This document shows positions 1 through 16,929 of a DNA stretch of 64,000 bases, piece by piece; position 1 is the stretch's first letter; the number at the start of each line of letters is the position of its first letter. A model generated the notes under the pieces. The model saw only the letters and a list, made by a program, of their open reading frames with translations. It searched no databases and was not told the DNA's origin. The stretch is from Octopus vulgaris. Its lineage: Eukaryota. The position numbers and the translations under genes are program-made. The stretch is from the NCBI GenBank assembly GCA_951406725.2, contig OX597816.1, forward strand, positions 49,910,001 through 49,974,000. The letters are read 5' to 3'.

Positions 1-1710
1 GAAGGACTTTAATCATATGTCTCTAAGAAGTGCTACTAAACATTGACTTTTAAATCAATTAAGGAAAAAAATAATTCAAAAGAACAGAATATTTACTGAA
101 TACTATATATAATCATAATACTATAATATTGCAACTCCATTTTTTATCATTTATGATTACTTTATATTTTCTCCAGTACTTCCAGGAGGTCAGATTTTTG
201 TTTATTAATATTTTTAGTAAGTGTTATGTAAAAGATAACCAAAGAAATATCGGTAAATACGATATTACGTGATTCTTTAAATAAAATTTTAAAAATCAAT
301 ATAAAATATTCAACTGAAATCTTCAAATGCAGAGAATTTTTAAAAAACAGAAAGTTAATTCTCTTGTAAACAAAATAGTTTAATGTGAGGAGCTTAGTAA
401 AAAATGTAAAATTCGAAGGCTTTTTGCTTTTAACTAGGTTTATGTTATAATTTCACAGACTTATAAACACACGTGCATCGGCACTTACAGTGTTTTTTCC
501 CCTCTAAGTTATCACTATCAAACTAAATTCCATCAACATCAACCTGCGATACGTGAAAGTCAATCACAATTTTGTTTTCAGCACCAGTTATTTCGATTAT
601 GTTTTCGTCAAAATAAGTGGTGTCGCTGTTGAATAGAGCGTATTATTTTTTATGAAAATACACTGTCATTAAGGATTACACTCTTAAATCCAGCGTATTT
701 TTAGTAATCAAAGTCAGATCGGTATTGATTAGTATATTTACGGAAATAAATAGTATAGTGATCAACACTAGGCTGACTTTGATTACCGAAGAAGATAGTT
801 CTGAATGTATTTAGGAATATATTGAGAGAGTTAAGAAGTGGGAATAATATATATAAGGTTAAACATACGTATATTTTTAGTTCTGTTCTTTTATTTATAT
901 AAAATGCTAGGAATTTATTGGTACGTCTAATGTACTAAATGAATGTGTACTTATGGTAGATGAAAGGACGACAATTTAATTTTACACGACTAGTAATCTT
1001 TGACAAAGTCGCTGATACCAACGTCTGATCAATAAAATCAAATCCGCTCCATCCTACAGCGATAACATCTAAGTAGACGGTGTTGACGATGGCGAAGTCC
1101 AGACACGTAATCGAGCCTTAATATAGCGAAATAATATAGATAAAGGCAAATTGCTCGAGAAATTAAAACTACGGATACGGTCATGAAACATGATTACATA
1201 CTCCCATACATATAATTGCATAAATCATCAGTGAAGGAGTAATTCATTAGAAAAAAAAATATGCACTATGAAGTTAAGTTTAATTCCAAGTGTATATAAT
1301 CCACATATTGGCTTAAAGCTAATATTACCAAATTTAAAAAAAAATTAAAAAAAGTCATAGAAAATCCTTATATCTTGTACTGAATCCGGTAAATTGTATT
1401 TAATAATACCAGGGTATTTCTCTACTGAATCACTACTAATGATGGCGTTCAGTTAAATATTTCGATTTGAGTGCAAAGTTAATTGTAAATTTAATATCTA
1501 ACCATAAAACGCACTAATACTATTAAAGAATGATCGAAAGTGAAAGTAGATATCTAAGAAAGAGTGAAAGAGACGGAGTATGGTATAAGCACTGGAACCA
1601 TGCTGCAGTACAGCGAGCTTTATCTACAGGGTGTAACGTACAATGTAAGAGAACGACATCCTCTGGGTAGTCGTTCTTAGACCAAATTTCCAATTTAACA
1701 ATGCATATAA

Positions 1711-1886
1711 GGTCAGAAGTAGTTCTGTGGTAAGTAGCTTGCTTAACAACCACATGGTTCTGGGTTCAGTCCCACTGCACGGCACCTTGGGCAAGTGTCA
1801 TATACAATAGCCTCGAGCCAACAAAAGACTTCTGAGTGGATTTGGTAAACAGAAACTGAAAGAAGCCCGTCGTATATATGTATATG

Positions 1887-1972
<86 letters not shown>

Positions 1973-2180
1973 TGTCTGTGTTCGGCCCCCCCCCATCATC
2001 GCTTGATAACCGTTGCTGGTGTGTTTATGTCCCCGTAAATTAGCGGCTCGGCAAAAGAGACTGATAGAATAAGTAATAAGCTTACAAAGAATAAGTCCCG
2101 GGGTCGATTCACTCGACTAAAGGCTGTGCTCCAGCATGACCAAAATAAAATGACTGAAACAAATGAATGATTAAAAGAGA
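1711..2180 (+). mobile_element. tRNA-derived SINE, family A (CORE-like body, internal (TA)n(TG)n, LINE-like 3' tail)
   Basis: Head with box B GGTTCAGTCCC, then GGCACCTTGGGCAAGTGTC (CORE-like), internal TA/TG microsatellite and tail GTGCTCCAGCATG...TGACTGAAACAA. The same sequence recurs more than 10 times in the window. Confidence 0.9.
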
Positions 2181-2339
2181 GATAGTTGGTGTCACAGTTT
2201 GACTATCTATATAGATAAGGTACTAAAATTTAAGATATAATTGCATAATACACGCATACGCAGACATACACATACACACAGAGGCGAACATATATTCATG
2301 TCTCTGTATGTCTCTTTCTGTCTTTGTCTCTCGAATATA

Positions 2340-2758
2340 TTCCTTTATTCTTTTACTTATTTCAGCCATGTGATTAAAGTAATTTACTCGAAGAAATCAA
2401 CTCCAGGATTTATGGTTTGTGAGCGTAGTACTCATTATATCGGTTTCATATGCCGAACCGCTAACTTACGTGTACATAAATACATCAGCATCGGTTGTCA
2501 AGTGATGGCGAGTGGTGCGGGAACACGCACACATAACACACACACACACACACACGCACACACACAAACGCACACACGTATATATACATATACGACGTGG
2601 TTCTTTCAATTTCCGTCTATTAAATCCACTAAAAAGGCTTTGGTCGGCTCGTGGGTATAATAGAAGACAGACTCGCAAGTTGCCACACTGTAGGACTGTA
2701 CTCAGAACTATGAATTTAGGATGAAACCTTCTTATGACAGAGCCACGACAGTGCCTAT
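2340..2758 (-). mobile_element. SINE family A, diverged copy
   Basis: Reverse complement aligns to family A from tail to head, including the internal (CA)n and TTTCCGTCTA..AAATCCACT. Confidence 0.8.
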
Positions 2759-2764
2759 ATTGTA

Positions 2765-2827
<63 letters not shown>

Positions 2828-4586
2828 GTGTGTATATTTATTTATGTATATCTCCCTTACTTCTCTCTCTCCCTATATATATATATATATAAATATATAT
2901 ACACATACATATATATACACATGTGCAGATAGATAGGTGTGCACAAACCAAAGGGAACATATAAGTGTGAGAGATTAGAAGCACTCAGAAATTCAACGCT
3001 GACGATGACACCATATGTCTTTTATAGTCATATGTCTTGTAGAGCGGTAGTGATCGCGTGTCTCAGGAGGATATAAAGTATCCATAATTTCTCTTGAAAC
3101 AAGCCAAGAAAAGGTATGTTGCATGCACGTCACTAGGAAATGACAGGCTATTTTTTTGCTTTTAATAAATGTGGAAATATTTAAATAATCTGCTAATTTC
3201 GGTAAGGACTTTTGGCAACATTGCTTTAAATTATATATACGTCGTTTTAATTAGTCAATCAATCTTACTATGCAGTCCAGATTGTTTTCTGTCAAGACTG
3301 CATGTCTCAGATATTGAGTTTCATTCTAAAAGTAATGTTATAATTTATATGTTTGAAACTGATAAATGGTGAAATACTTTCCGAGACCATACTTAACCTT
3401 TACTTAGTTTTACAAACGAGGCTCCTGAAGAACATGACATTTTTAGTGCTAGATTATAATGAACGCATAATATAAGCTAAACAAATTATATTAACCTTCA
3501 GATTTGCAGATTGTAACGATGTATGGACGGTCTTTTGATCCTCGAAAAGTAATTTCAATTTAATTATTGCAGGTATTTATGATGGATTACAATTGACCGT
3601 CACAAGTTCTTATTTTGAAATACATAAAGCATATTCACTTATGCTATACGTCAAAATAAGCTAATATCCAGACGAATGCCACCAAAACAGATGAAAGAAA
3701 AAAAAAATCGTCTATATCCTCTTCAAATCTTTATTTTCCCACTTAAGCGCAATATATGTATTTATAGAGGAAGCAAACAAGAGCATGCGATAGTTATTAC
3801 TTTATTAAAGGAACTAGCGATGGGGAAGAAGAAGAAGAATGATGATTAAGAAAATTGAGAAGCGATTTGATCGTTACGCTCATATAATTCTACTCCACTC
3901 TACTTCTACGTGTCTCTAATATGTTGTGATATCCAGAAAAAAAATAATGTCGTGTTTTTGATTGCATCAATATTATGGCAAGTAGAAACAGTGCACTTTG
4001 AAAAGAATATAACGTAGAAGTAAATTGTACTTTCTTTCTGTTACATTACTTTCTCTAAATCCGCCCATTTAGCTTTTGATTGTAAAAAAAGAAAAGAAGC
4101 AAAAAGAGAGTTTAATACAATTTTTCTTAAAGTAGATAAACTCTTGTTTAGTTTCATCGGATTCTCTTACATTTCTGGTATACAACATTAGCTTTGTTCA
4201 CATAATTTAGGGACATCGGAATTACAACCCATTTCTTTCACCGACACTTGTCGCTATCGAACTTAACGAGTAAAGATATCAATATAGAAACGCAGTTTGC
4301 TTGTACACTAGAGGCTAAATACGATCACATTGAAAATATAGATATATTGAAAAATGTATATATATATAAAACAATTATATTGAAAAAATATATATATATA
4401 AAACAATTATGTTGAAAAAATATGTATATAACAAATATATTTTCACACTTAAGTCAGTGAAAATAATGATTTAAACTTGAAAATATTGAATTTAACAAGA
4501 CAAGAATATCGGGAAAGTAGATAAGTAGATGTTAGTTATAGATTGTAGAGCGTAAGAACGGTATAAAAGTGTGTGTATACACTCAC

Positions 4587-4656
<70 letters not shown>

Positions 4657-5479
4657 ACTTTTGAGTCAACCAGGAGAAAATAAATTTCAAATCATATCTT
4701 GGACCATTTCATAATCTAGATATAATGAGATATAATAAATACTATTGTAAATGTTATGACCTTGAAGTTCAGGAATATAAAAGAATTATTTTAGTGAACT
4801 GATGACAATTGCCAATATATTCTGAATATCTTACAACTACACTTAAAACGTATTTGAATGTATAAATATGGAACATATCCCAAAGCATTTTATGGTAATT
4901 CCGCTCTTCACCAAATATAGAAAAGAATCGCATTTTTAATATTAGAAATTATATTTCAGCCATTTCTGGATACCGTTCAACAAAAAACTCAGTGAGAGAA
5001 ACAAGGTTTATTTCAAAATTTCTATAAATTGTGCTACTGCAATAAAGACTTGAGATACGGCCGCGATATGCAATTGAGAGCACTCTAACTTCCTTGATTA
5101 AAAGCCTTTACCATAAAACGTCGTACGAAACCTTCTGCATTGACGCAAAGTACTAAATTGATCGACAACAAAACATTTCTAAATGTTTTCAAGTTACATA
5201 TCAAAAAATTTAGAATTAAACTGAAAATAATAGATTCTATTACAGGGAAAATGGTGATATTAACTTCGAAATTTGATATATTATTTTTAGGGGCTACCGG
5301 GACTACGTATAATGAAAAGTAAATGTGATGTAGCCAGAGACGGAGATGTAGACATGTTGGAAGGGCGTACAGAAGTAGGAGAAAAATACTTGTGGGCATG
5401 AGTTGTAGTGAGTTATTTTATTAGATTTAATGTGCGAATCTTTTAACTGCTTAAGCTTTCACAAATCGTGAACATAAGT

Positions 5480-5712
5480 GAATATGTATTGATAAAAACA
5501 GTAAGACAACAAAAGAAAGAAGGAGACTCGACATTATGTAAATAGAGGACTTTATCTGTAAATCTAATATGTGACGATTATTTGGTAGCCATGATAAAAC
5601 TCCGAGTTTCGGATGCCGAGGTGGAAATCCATGACGGCATCTCTTCAGTTATCCGTTCATCAGACAAATGCCATGAAAAACGACCGTTAAACAAAGGTAA
5701 ATTACTGTGTGT
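5480..5712 (-). mobile_element. Short non-coding Penelope-like (pLTR-type) element carrying a hammerhead ribozyme
   Basis: Contains the hammerhead at 5593-5653. Homologous pieces occur at 26131-26275 and 51755-51822. Abuts a (TA)n tract. Confidence 0.65.
5593..5653 (-). ncRNA. Type I hammerhead ribozyme (minimal, short stem III)
   Basis: Minus strand reads GATAA-CTGAAGA-GATGCCG..CGGCATC-C-GAAAC-TCGGA-GTT^TTATC. Stem I GATAA/TTATC, stem II 7 bp, stem III ACTC/GAGT, cleavage triplet GUU. Confidence 0.7.
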
Positions 5713-6411
<699 letters not shown>

Positions 6412-6414
<3 letters not shown>

Positions 6415-9356
6415 CGCCGGCAACAACGTACACCTCACCTCGATACTCCTACTGAACATCAGAGGACTGCAAACACTCAGTAACAGGACAAAGATCCCGT
6501 TCCTGAGAGACTTTGTTGCATGCAATCAAGCCTTATGCATAGCACTTACAGAAACGCACCTGAAACCGGACATAGCAGATGCGGAGTTACACATACCACA
6601 GTATGCTGTACTACGGACCGACAGGAAAGAAAGGAGTCATGGAGGTGTTGCTATGTACATCCGTGAGGACCTCACACCCCAGGTCCTCTTGTCATACTCA
6701 AACTCGGTGTGTGACACACTAATTGTACATATTAGGCAACTTGATGTAGTTGTGTGTGCTACATATCGCCCTCCAGATGCCCCAAGCCATGTGGGCAAGT
6801 TCGAAGACTGCCTTATAAAAATAGAAGAAATTCTAACCACATTAGAACAACACATAGGTGTGCTTCTTATGGGAGACTTCAATCTGCCCAATGTCAGATG
6901 GCCCGAGGGCCTTTCTCTCCCAGGAATGACAAGATGTGAACGAGGACAGGCGAGGTCCCTCCTGAACCTCATCAACACCCTGTACATGGAGCAGGTAATA
7001 CTCCAACCAACCAGGGCAGGTAACACACTGGATCTCTGCTTCACAAATGACATGGATCTCATCCATAATGTGAAAGTGACACCGACACTACTCTCGGATC
7101 ACAACATGATAGAGCTGACCATGTACGGGCCAAAAAAGAGCACGGACATGCAGCCTACAAGAAACCCTCAAAATCTTTCCAGCTTGAACTACCATAAGGC
7201 AAACTGGAAACAAATTGAGAAAGAGATCCTCAAACAAAACTGGCCTAAATGTCTCTCCTCGCCAGACATCGACGTGAAACTTCAACAATTCATGTCTGTA
7301 ATGCAAGCCATATGCTACAAATGTGTCCCAGAGAGAAAGGCCACTGTACACAAGAACAAAATCCCCAGAGAGAGGAAAATTTTAATGAGACGGCGTACGA
7401 AATTTTGAAATCGCCTAAACAAACAGATTGAAAGCAGTGAAAAGTCCCGCCTAAAAATAAAACTGTTGGAAATCGAAAAATGTCTGCAACTCTCCCATGA
7501 AAAAGAAAGAGCAGACAAAGAAGCCTGGGCTATAGAAAACATAAAATCTAACCCCAGAGCTTTCTACAGGTATGCCAAAGAAACAGCTACAGTGCACTGT
7601 AGAATAGGGCCACTCCTCGAAAAGGATGGCACACTTACAGGAAAACCAATGAGGGTAAGTGAAATACTGAATGAGCAATTCAAGAGTGTTTTCACTCCAC
7701 CCCTTGGGCATCTCCAAATCACCAATCCAACTGACTTTTTTACCACTGCAGATATAAAATCAGAGGCGGCGACGATAGATTACATCGATATAAAGGAAGA
7801 CGATGTAACCAAGGCTATAGATGAAATGAAAACAGACTCAGCTACTGGCCCCGATGGATTCCCGGCAATCCTCCTAAAAGCATGTAAGAGAGTCCTAGCA
7901 AGACCACTGCAGTTCCTCTTTCAGAGCTTCCTTGCAGCTGGCAAACTTCCAGGAAAACTGAAGGAAGGTAAAATATGCCCCATTTATAAAGGAGGTAGCA
8001 GAGCGGAAGCCAAGAACTATAGACCTATCTCTCTGACCTCACACATCAGCAAGGTCATGGAACGAATAGTCAGAAGGAAGCTGATCACCTTCCTTGAAGA
8101 GAATGACTTGCTGCCCGACACCCAACATTGTTTCCGACCAGGAGAAGCTGTTTAACTCAGCTCCTACAACACTATGACTGGGTGCTGAAACGGCTGCTCA
8201 ACCACTCAAATGTGGAAGTGATATATCTCGACTTTGCAAAGGCCTTTGATAAAGTCGATCATGGAATGATATGTCACAAACTGCGTGATCTCAACATAGT
8301 TGGAAAACTGGGAGAATGGCTTCATGACTTTCTGAAGGATAGAAGTCAGGTGGTAGTAGCCAATGGGGCCACCTCCATTAACACACAAATAGTGAGCGGA
8401 GTTCCGCAGGGGACTGTTCCGGGACCACTACTGTTCATAATGGCCCTCTCAGACATGCTCTCAGCCACGCAGAGAGCCACGATCACAAGTTATGCAGATG
8501 ATACAAAAGTTTCACAGGCAATACAGAACCCTGAGGACACTAAACACCTGCAATGTGAGCTGGACGAAATATACAAGCTTTATACTATCAGCATGCAAAA
8601 CTGAATGCAATACCCAATGAATACACTGGACCCGGAGGGATTGCAATCCCAGAGGCACAATCAGTGCGTGACCTGGGTATTCACATGAGTGATGACGCGA
8701 CCTTTCATATACATGTTGCTAAACTGACAATGAAATGTAGACGGCTGGCTGGATGGATTCTTAGAACCTTTAGAACAAGAGAACAAGAAACCATGATGGT
8801 CCTCTGGAAGACACTTGTCCTAAGCCACTTTGACTATTGCTCTCAGCTATGGTCACCATCCAGTGTCAAGTTGATCACAGAACTTGAGGCGATCCAACGA
8901 AGCTACACAAAGAAGATAGCCTCTATGCAGAATGTAAGCTACTGGGAAAGACTCAAGAGATTAAAATTATATTCCCTGGAGCGTAGGCGGGAAAGATATG
9001 CCATAATATACATCTGGAAGATCCTGGAGGGAAGTGTCCTGAACTTTGGCATCGAGAGTTACGCAAATGCCAGAACTGGGCGCCACTGCTTGGTGCCTAG
9101 GACTCCAAACCTGCCATCAAGATGTAGGACAAGATTCTGTGATAGCCTGGGCTTCCGTGGCCCACAGCTCTTCAATATCCTCCCGAAGAACCTGAGAGAC
9201 CTGCATGGGGTGGATACAGATGTCTTTAAAATGAAGCTGGATCTCTTCCTGTCAGGTGTCCCAGATGAACCAACTTCACGGCAGGAGGGGCAGATGAGGG
9301 CAGCTGCATCGAACTCTCTCATGTACCAAATAGCAGTTGCTAGAAAGCCTCCATGA
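6412..9356 (+). pseudogene. Disrupted LINE ORF2: apurinic-like endonuclease plus reverse transcriptase
   Basis: APE motifs LNIRGL, ALTETHL, GGVAMY, YRPP, GDFN, LDL, SDH. RT motifs GPDG, NYRPISLTS, YLDFAKAFDKVDH, GVPQG, YADDTK, RDLG and C-terminal YWERLKRLKLYSLERRR. Broken by a stop at 7406-7408, a frameshift near 8141 and a 46-bp deletion near 8577 relative to the second copy. Confidence 0.92.
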
Positions 9357-9424
9357 AGTGAAACCATGTAGCAATACCAAATGGCGGTGCCCCAGCATGG
9401 CCACAGCTCATAAGCTGAAACTAG

Positions 9425-9452
<28 letters not shown>
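6412..9452 (+). mobile_element. CR1-group LINE, 5'-truncated (ORF2 region only), short 3' UTR and (AATC)n tail, inserted in (TA)n
   Basis: APE plus RT coding region, then a 3' UTR with GGCGGTGCCCCAGCATGGCCACAGCTCATAAGCTGAAAC and (AATC)n. (TA)n lies on both sides. Confidence 0.92.
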
Positions 9453-9455
<3 letters not shown>

Positions 9456-9475
9456 ATATATATATATATTATATA

Positions 9476-9528
<53 letters not shown>

Positions 9529-9537
9529 ATATATATT

Positions 9538-9575
<38 letters not shown>

Positions 9576-9683
9576 TATATATATATATATATATATAAAT
9601 AATAAATATTAGGGAATAAATCCAAATTTACAGGGGAAAAAATCAGATTTAGGATTAAATCCAATTTTATAGTAAAATATTAT

Positions 9684-9880
9684 AAAATATTATTAGAGAC
9701 AAAACCACTATTTTGCAAAACAAACAAGGAAAGACTTAATCAATACTTAAAATTTTAATAAATAGTCAAAAAAACCGCCACTACAATCGTTTTTTTGACT
9801 ATTTATTAAAATTTTATGTATTGATTAAGTCTTTCCTTGTTTGTTTTGCAAAATAGTGGTTTTGTCTCTAATAATATTTT
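9684..9880. repeat. Fold-back palindrome: 92-bp arms, 13-bp spacer, within a short element flanked by (TA)n
   Basis: 9684-9775 is the reverse complement of 9789-9880 with one mismatch. Confidence 0.93.
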
Positions 9881-9891
9881 ATTTTATTATA

Positions 9892-10071
<180 letters not shown>

Positions 10072-10077
10072 TATATA

Positions 10078-10116
<39 letters not shown>

Positions 10117-10118
10117 TA

Positions 10119-10251
<133 letters not shown>

Positions 10252-10256
10252 ATATA

Positions 10257-10955
10257 TATGAGTAACAATGAAGGGTGAAATTAATTATATATATATTAAT
10301 AATTATCAATTACACCAAGTAATTATCTTCGGCATGTAATAGCCTCATTCGAGGAAAATTTAAGTAATTCTAAGCAATTAAGTGTTTAGCAACGAATTGC
10401 CTTACCGCACACCGAATTTAGAAATAGCAGTCAAAGAGATTATACTCATGATCATTGTTACTCATAACCATATTCATCCCAGTAAATGACCACAGCACTT
10501 TGTCTTGGCTACACGCGGGTGGGAAGGGACTGGTGACACAAGCTTTCATTCATACCTTGAATTTTGTGATACTAGCTGTGGCTTCTAGCTCGCTCTGATA
10601 CTGAGTTGAGATGGTGCCTTCTAGTATCTCAAAATTCAATATTCAATCATTCATGATTGTTTGTATCCTGCGCTGATGAGAGAAGAAGTCTGGGTAAGGT
10701 AGAGTTATCTAATTCTTATGCTTTCCTAAGACTTGATCTCGAAACGTACGTCCGTAGGTGACTTAAAACTGTATGATAGATTGCCGTTAATTCATTCTCT
10801 CTTACCTGTTTGTGTTTGGCTTTCAGGTGCTGTGTCTTTACTGTGATCTCCCTTTTAGTAGAAGAAATAGCAATAATCTCTTTGACTGCTATTTCTAAAT
10901 TCGGTGTGCGGTAAGACAATTCGTTGCTAAACCCTTAATTGCTTAGTATTACTTA
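10257..10955 (+). mobile_element. Penelope-like / retrozyme-like non-coding element with hammerhead and 82-bp inverted repeats, in (TA)n
   Basis: Inverted repeats 10361-10442 / 10874-10955 (three mismatches), hammerhead at 10667-10758, and (TA)n on both flanks. Confidence 0.75.
10667..10758 (+). ncRNA. Type I hammerhead ribozyme, canonical core, extended stem II
   Basis: CCTGCG-CTGATGA-GAGA..AAGTCT..AGACTT..TCTC-GAAAC-GTAC-GTC^CGTAGG. Stem I CCTGCG/CGTAGG, palindromic stem III ACGTACGT, triplet GUC (predicted cut after 10752). Confidence 0.88.
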
Positions 10956-15094
<4,139 letters not shown>

Positions 15095-15543
15095 CTATGT
15101 ATGCTACATAGATGAATTTTAGCTTGCGTGCGAGACGGTTTGCGTGAATATATGTACACATGCTTTTATGTGTATATTTAGATTTATATTCATACGTCTG
15201 TATATGTATGTATGGCGTTTACGCGCATCCTTTTGTGTATGTTGATATATATATGTAGATTTTAATATAAATATGTATTGCAGTATTTATAACAGGTTTC
15301 ATTTCTATGCATTAATTTGCACTGTCTTCATTAACTTCAATAGGTTTTTTTCCTCGGATTTTATAATTTTTATAAGTTTTTTATATATATATATATACAT
15401 ATATTTTTGACCTTTTTGTTTATCGCTCGAAGATTGACCGTTTTTTTCTAAAGGGCCAATCAAACAAGTCCATTTCTTTTTAAAGGTGTAGCGTTTGTAA
15501 GAGTATAGATTGAAATGATATATCAGTTCCATTCTAGCAAAAA

Positions 15544-15581
15544 CTGTCTGATGAACGGCAACGAGAAACTCAGAGTAACAG
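15544..15581 (+). ncRNA. Minimal type I hammerhead ribozyme in a Penelope-like pLTR remnant
   Basis: CTGT-CTGATGA-ACG GCAA CGA-GAAAC-TCAGA-GTA^ACAG. Stem I CTGT/ACAG, GCAA-capped stem II with a mismatched first pair, stem III ACTC/GAGT, triplet GUA. Confidence 0.65.
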
Positions 15582-15607
15582 ATTTTTTTGAATTTTCTGC
15601 TGCTTAA

Positions 15608-15675
<68 letters not shown>

Positions 15676-15849
15676 GTATGCACATATATATAAATATATG
15701 TATATACATATATATGGAGGTTTCTGGTATGCATATATATTTTTGATAATATATCAACTGGGTTTTCTACTATGTCTGCACGTGAATTTTCATGCATTCT
15801 TCTATGCCTTTTCAGAATTCAAGTAGACCGAAAAGCCTTGTTAGAAATT

Positions 15850-16700
15850 GGGAAGGTGTTTTCTTTCGGTTGCGCAGAGAGTACGTTTCTATATGTGTCT
15901 TGATTTTGTTCCCAAGCATATGACTATTCATTAGTAACATAGCTTTTCATAAGATTTGGTGGTTACAGGAAATGTTACCATCCTCGAAATTATCAGACAG
16001 GGTTTCTTGCTTTCAAATAACATTCCGTTATTTTCATGTTGAATTTAATTGTGCTCAGATGTTTCCCACAATTTCTTGATTGTGCTAAAGTACTTTGATT
16101 ACTCCAAAGGAAGCGTTTCTCAAAATTAATTTTCCATGTTCAAAATTTTGAGATTTACTTTAATCAGACCTTTCTTCCGGGGTTTATGCTATAGCCACTT
16201 ATTAGTGTTAGATTGCACATAAAATATTTGCCTAAAAAGCTTTGGGTCACCCTCCTAATTAGATGAATCAACAAGTGCATTTGATTAAAAATAATATTTT
16301 TCCACGTTGAGCTTATTAGCGTTTGAAGGAAGAATAGCGTATGGGGTTTTCGTCACTGGGGATTTTATCTTTTGCAAGTTCCTTAAACAGTTTTGGTGGA
16401 ATCTTTCAAGAGGTGCGATGTGGTGGTGCGATGTGATGGTGATAAATCCTCCAACTTTGTGAGCACAGAGAAATTACTTGATATCACAACTTGTGTTGAT
16501 AGAAATCTTCGTCTTGGGAGTGATTCATCTGTCATTCCACACTCGTTTTCTAAAAGATGCTGAATGAAGTGTTTGCTTTCATAATGAATTTCAGCATCTA
16601 AAGATCTATGAGATGATATGATGTATCTAAGATTTACAGAATTCTGGACAACTTCATACCGTATTCAATTTATCCTGATGTTAGGATGAACAAAAATCTC
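15850..16700 (-). pseudogene. Highly decayed Penelope-like GIY-YIG endonuclease region
   Basis: Frameshifted fragments on the minus strand: KCTC-DSS..RVTQ, GKHL and KRTLC..KE. These resemble the PLE endonuclease motifs KCxC..YIG.T, xxHL and KP.LC.QKE. Confidence 0.35.
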
Positions 16701-16807
16701 TAGATCCTGGCGTTTAGTTATTGATAGACTAACAGTGACTCCAAACGCACACAAAATCACACATACATACATACGTGACTTATATATACAAATATATCAT
16801 GTACGTA

Positions 16808-16858
16808 TTTCATTCAGTTTCACCTCAGAGCTGTGGCCATGCTGGGGCACTGCCATTG
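16808..16858 (-). mobile_element. Ultra-short CR1 LINE 3' tail
   Basis: Reverse complement TGGCAGTGCCCCAGCATGGCCACAGCTCTGAGGTGAAAC matches the LINE 3' UTR at 9382-9421. Confidence 0.75.
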
Positions 16859-16929
16859 TTAGTAAAAAATAAATATATGTATATGCATTTGTCTGTTTGT
16901 GAGCATTTGTGTGCCTGTGTTTATACTGT

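Noticed and set aside
489-543. Minus-strand exon-like segment with cgcag acceptor and gtaagt donor
   Set aside because: Stops in all three frames and no nAChR similarity.
1637-1700. EIWSKNDYPEDVVL as a possible nAChR IWxPDIVL exon
   Set aside because: Spacing is wrong, the upstream W.D..L.W motif is missing, and the stretch is a short hairpin.
5085-5399. 104-aa hydrophobic ORF
   Set aside because: No recognisable motif; consistent with chance in AT-rich DNA.
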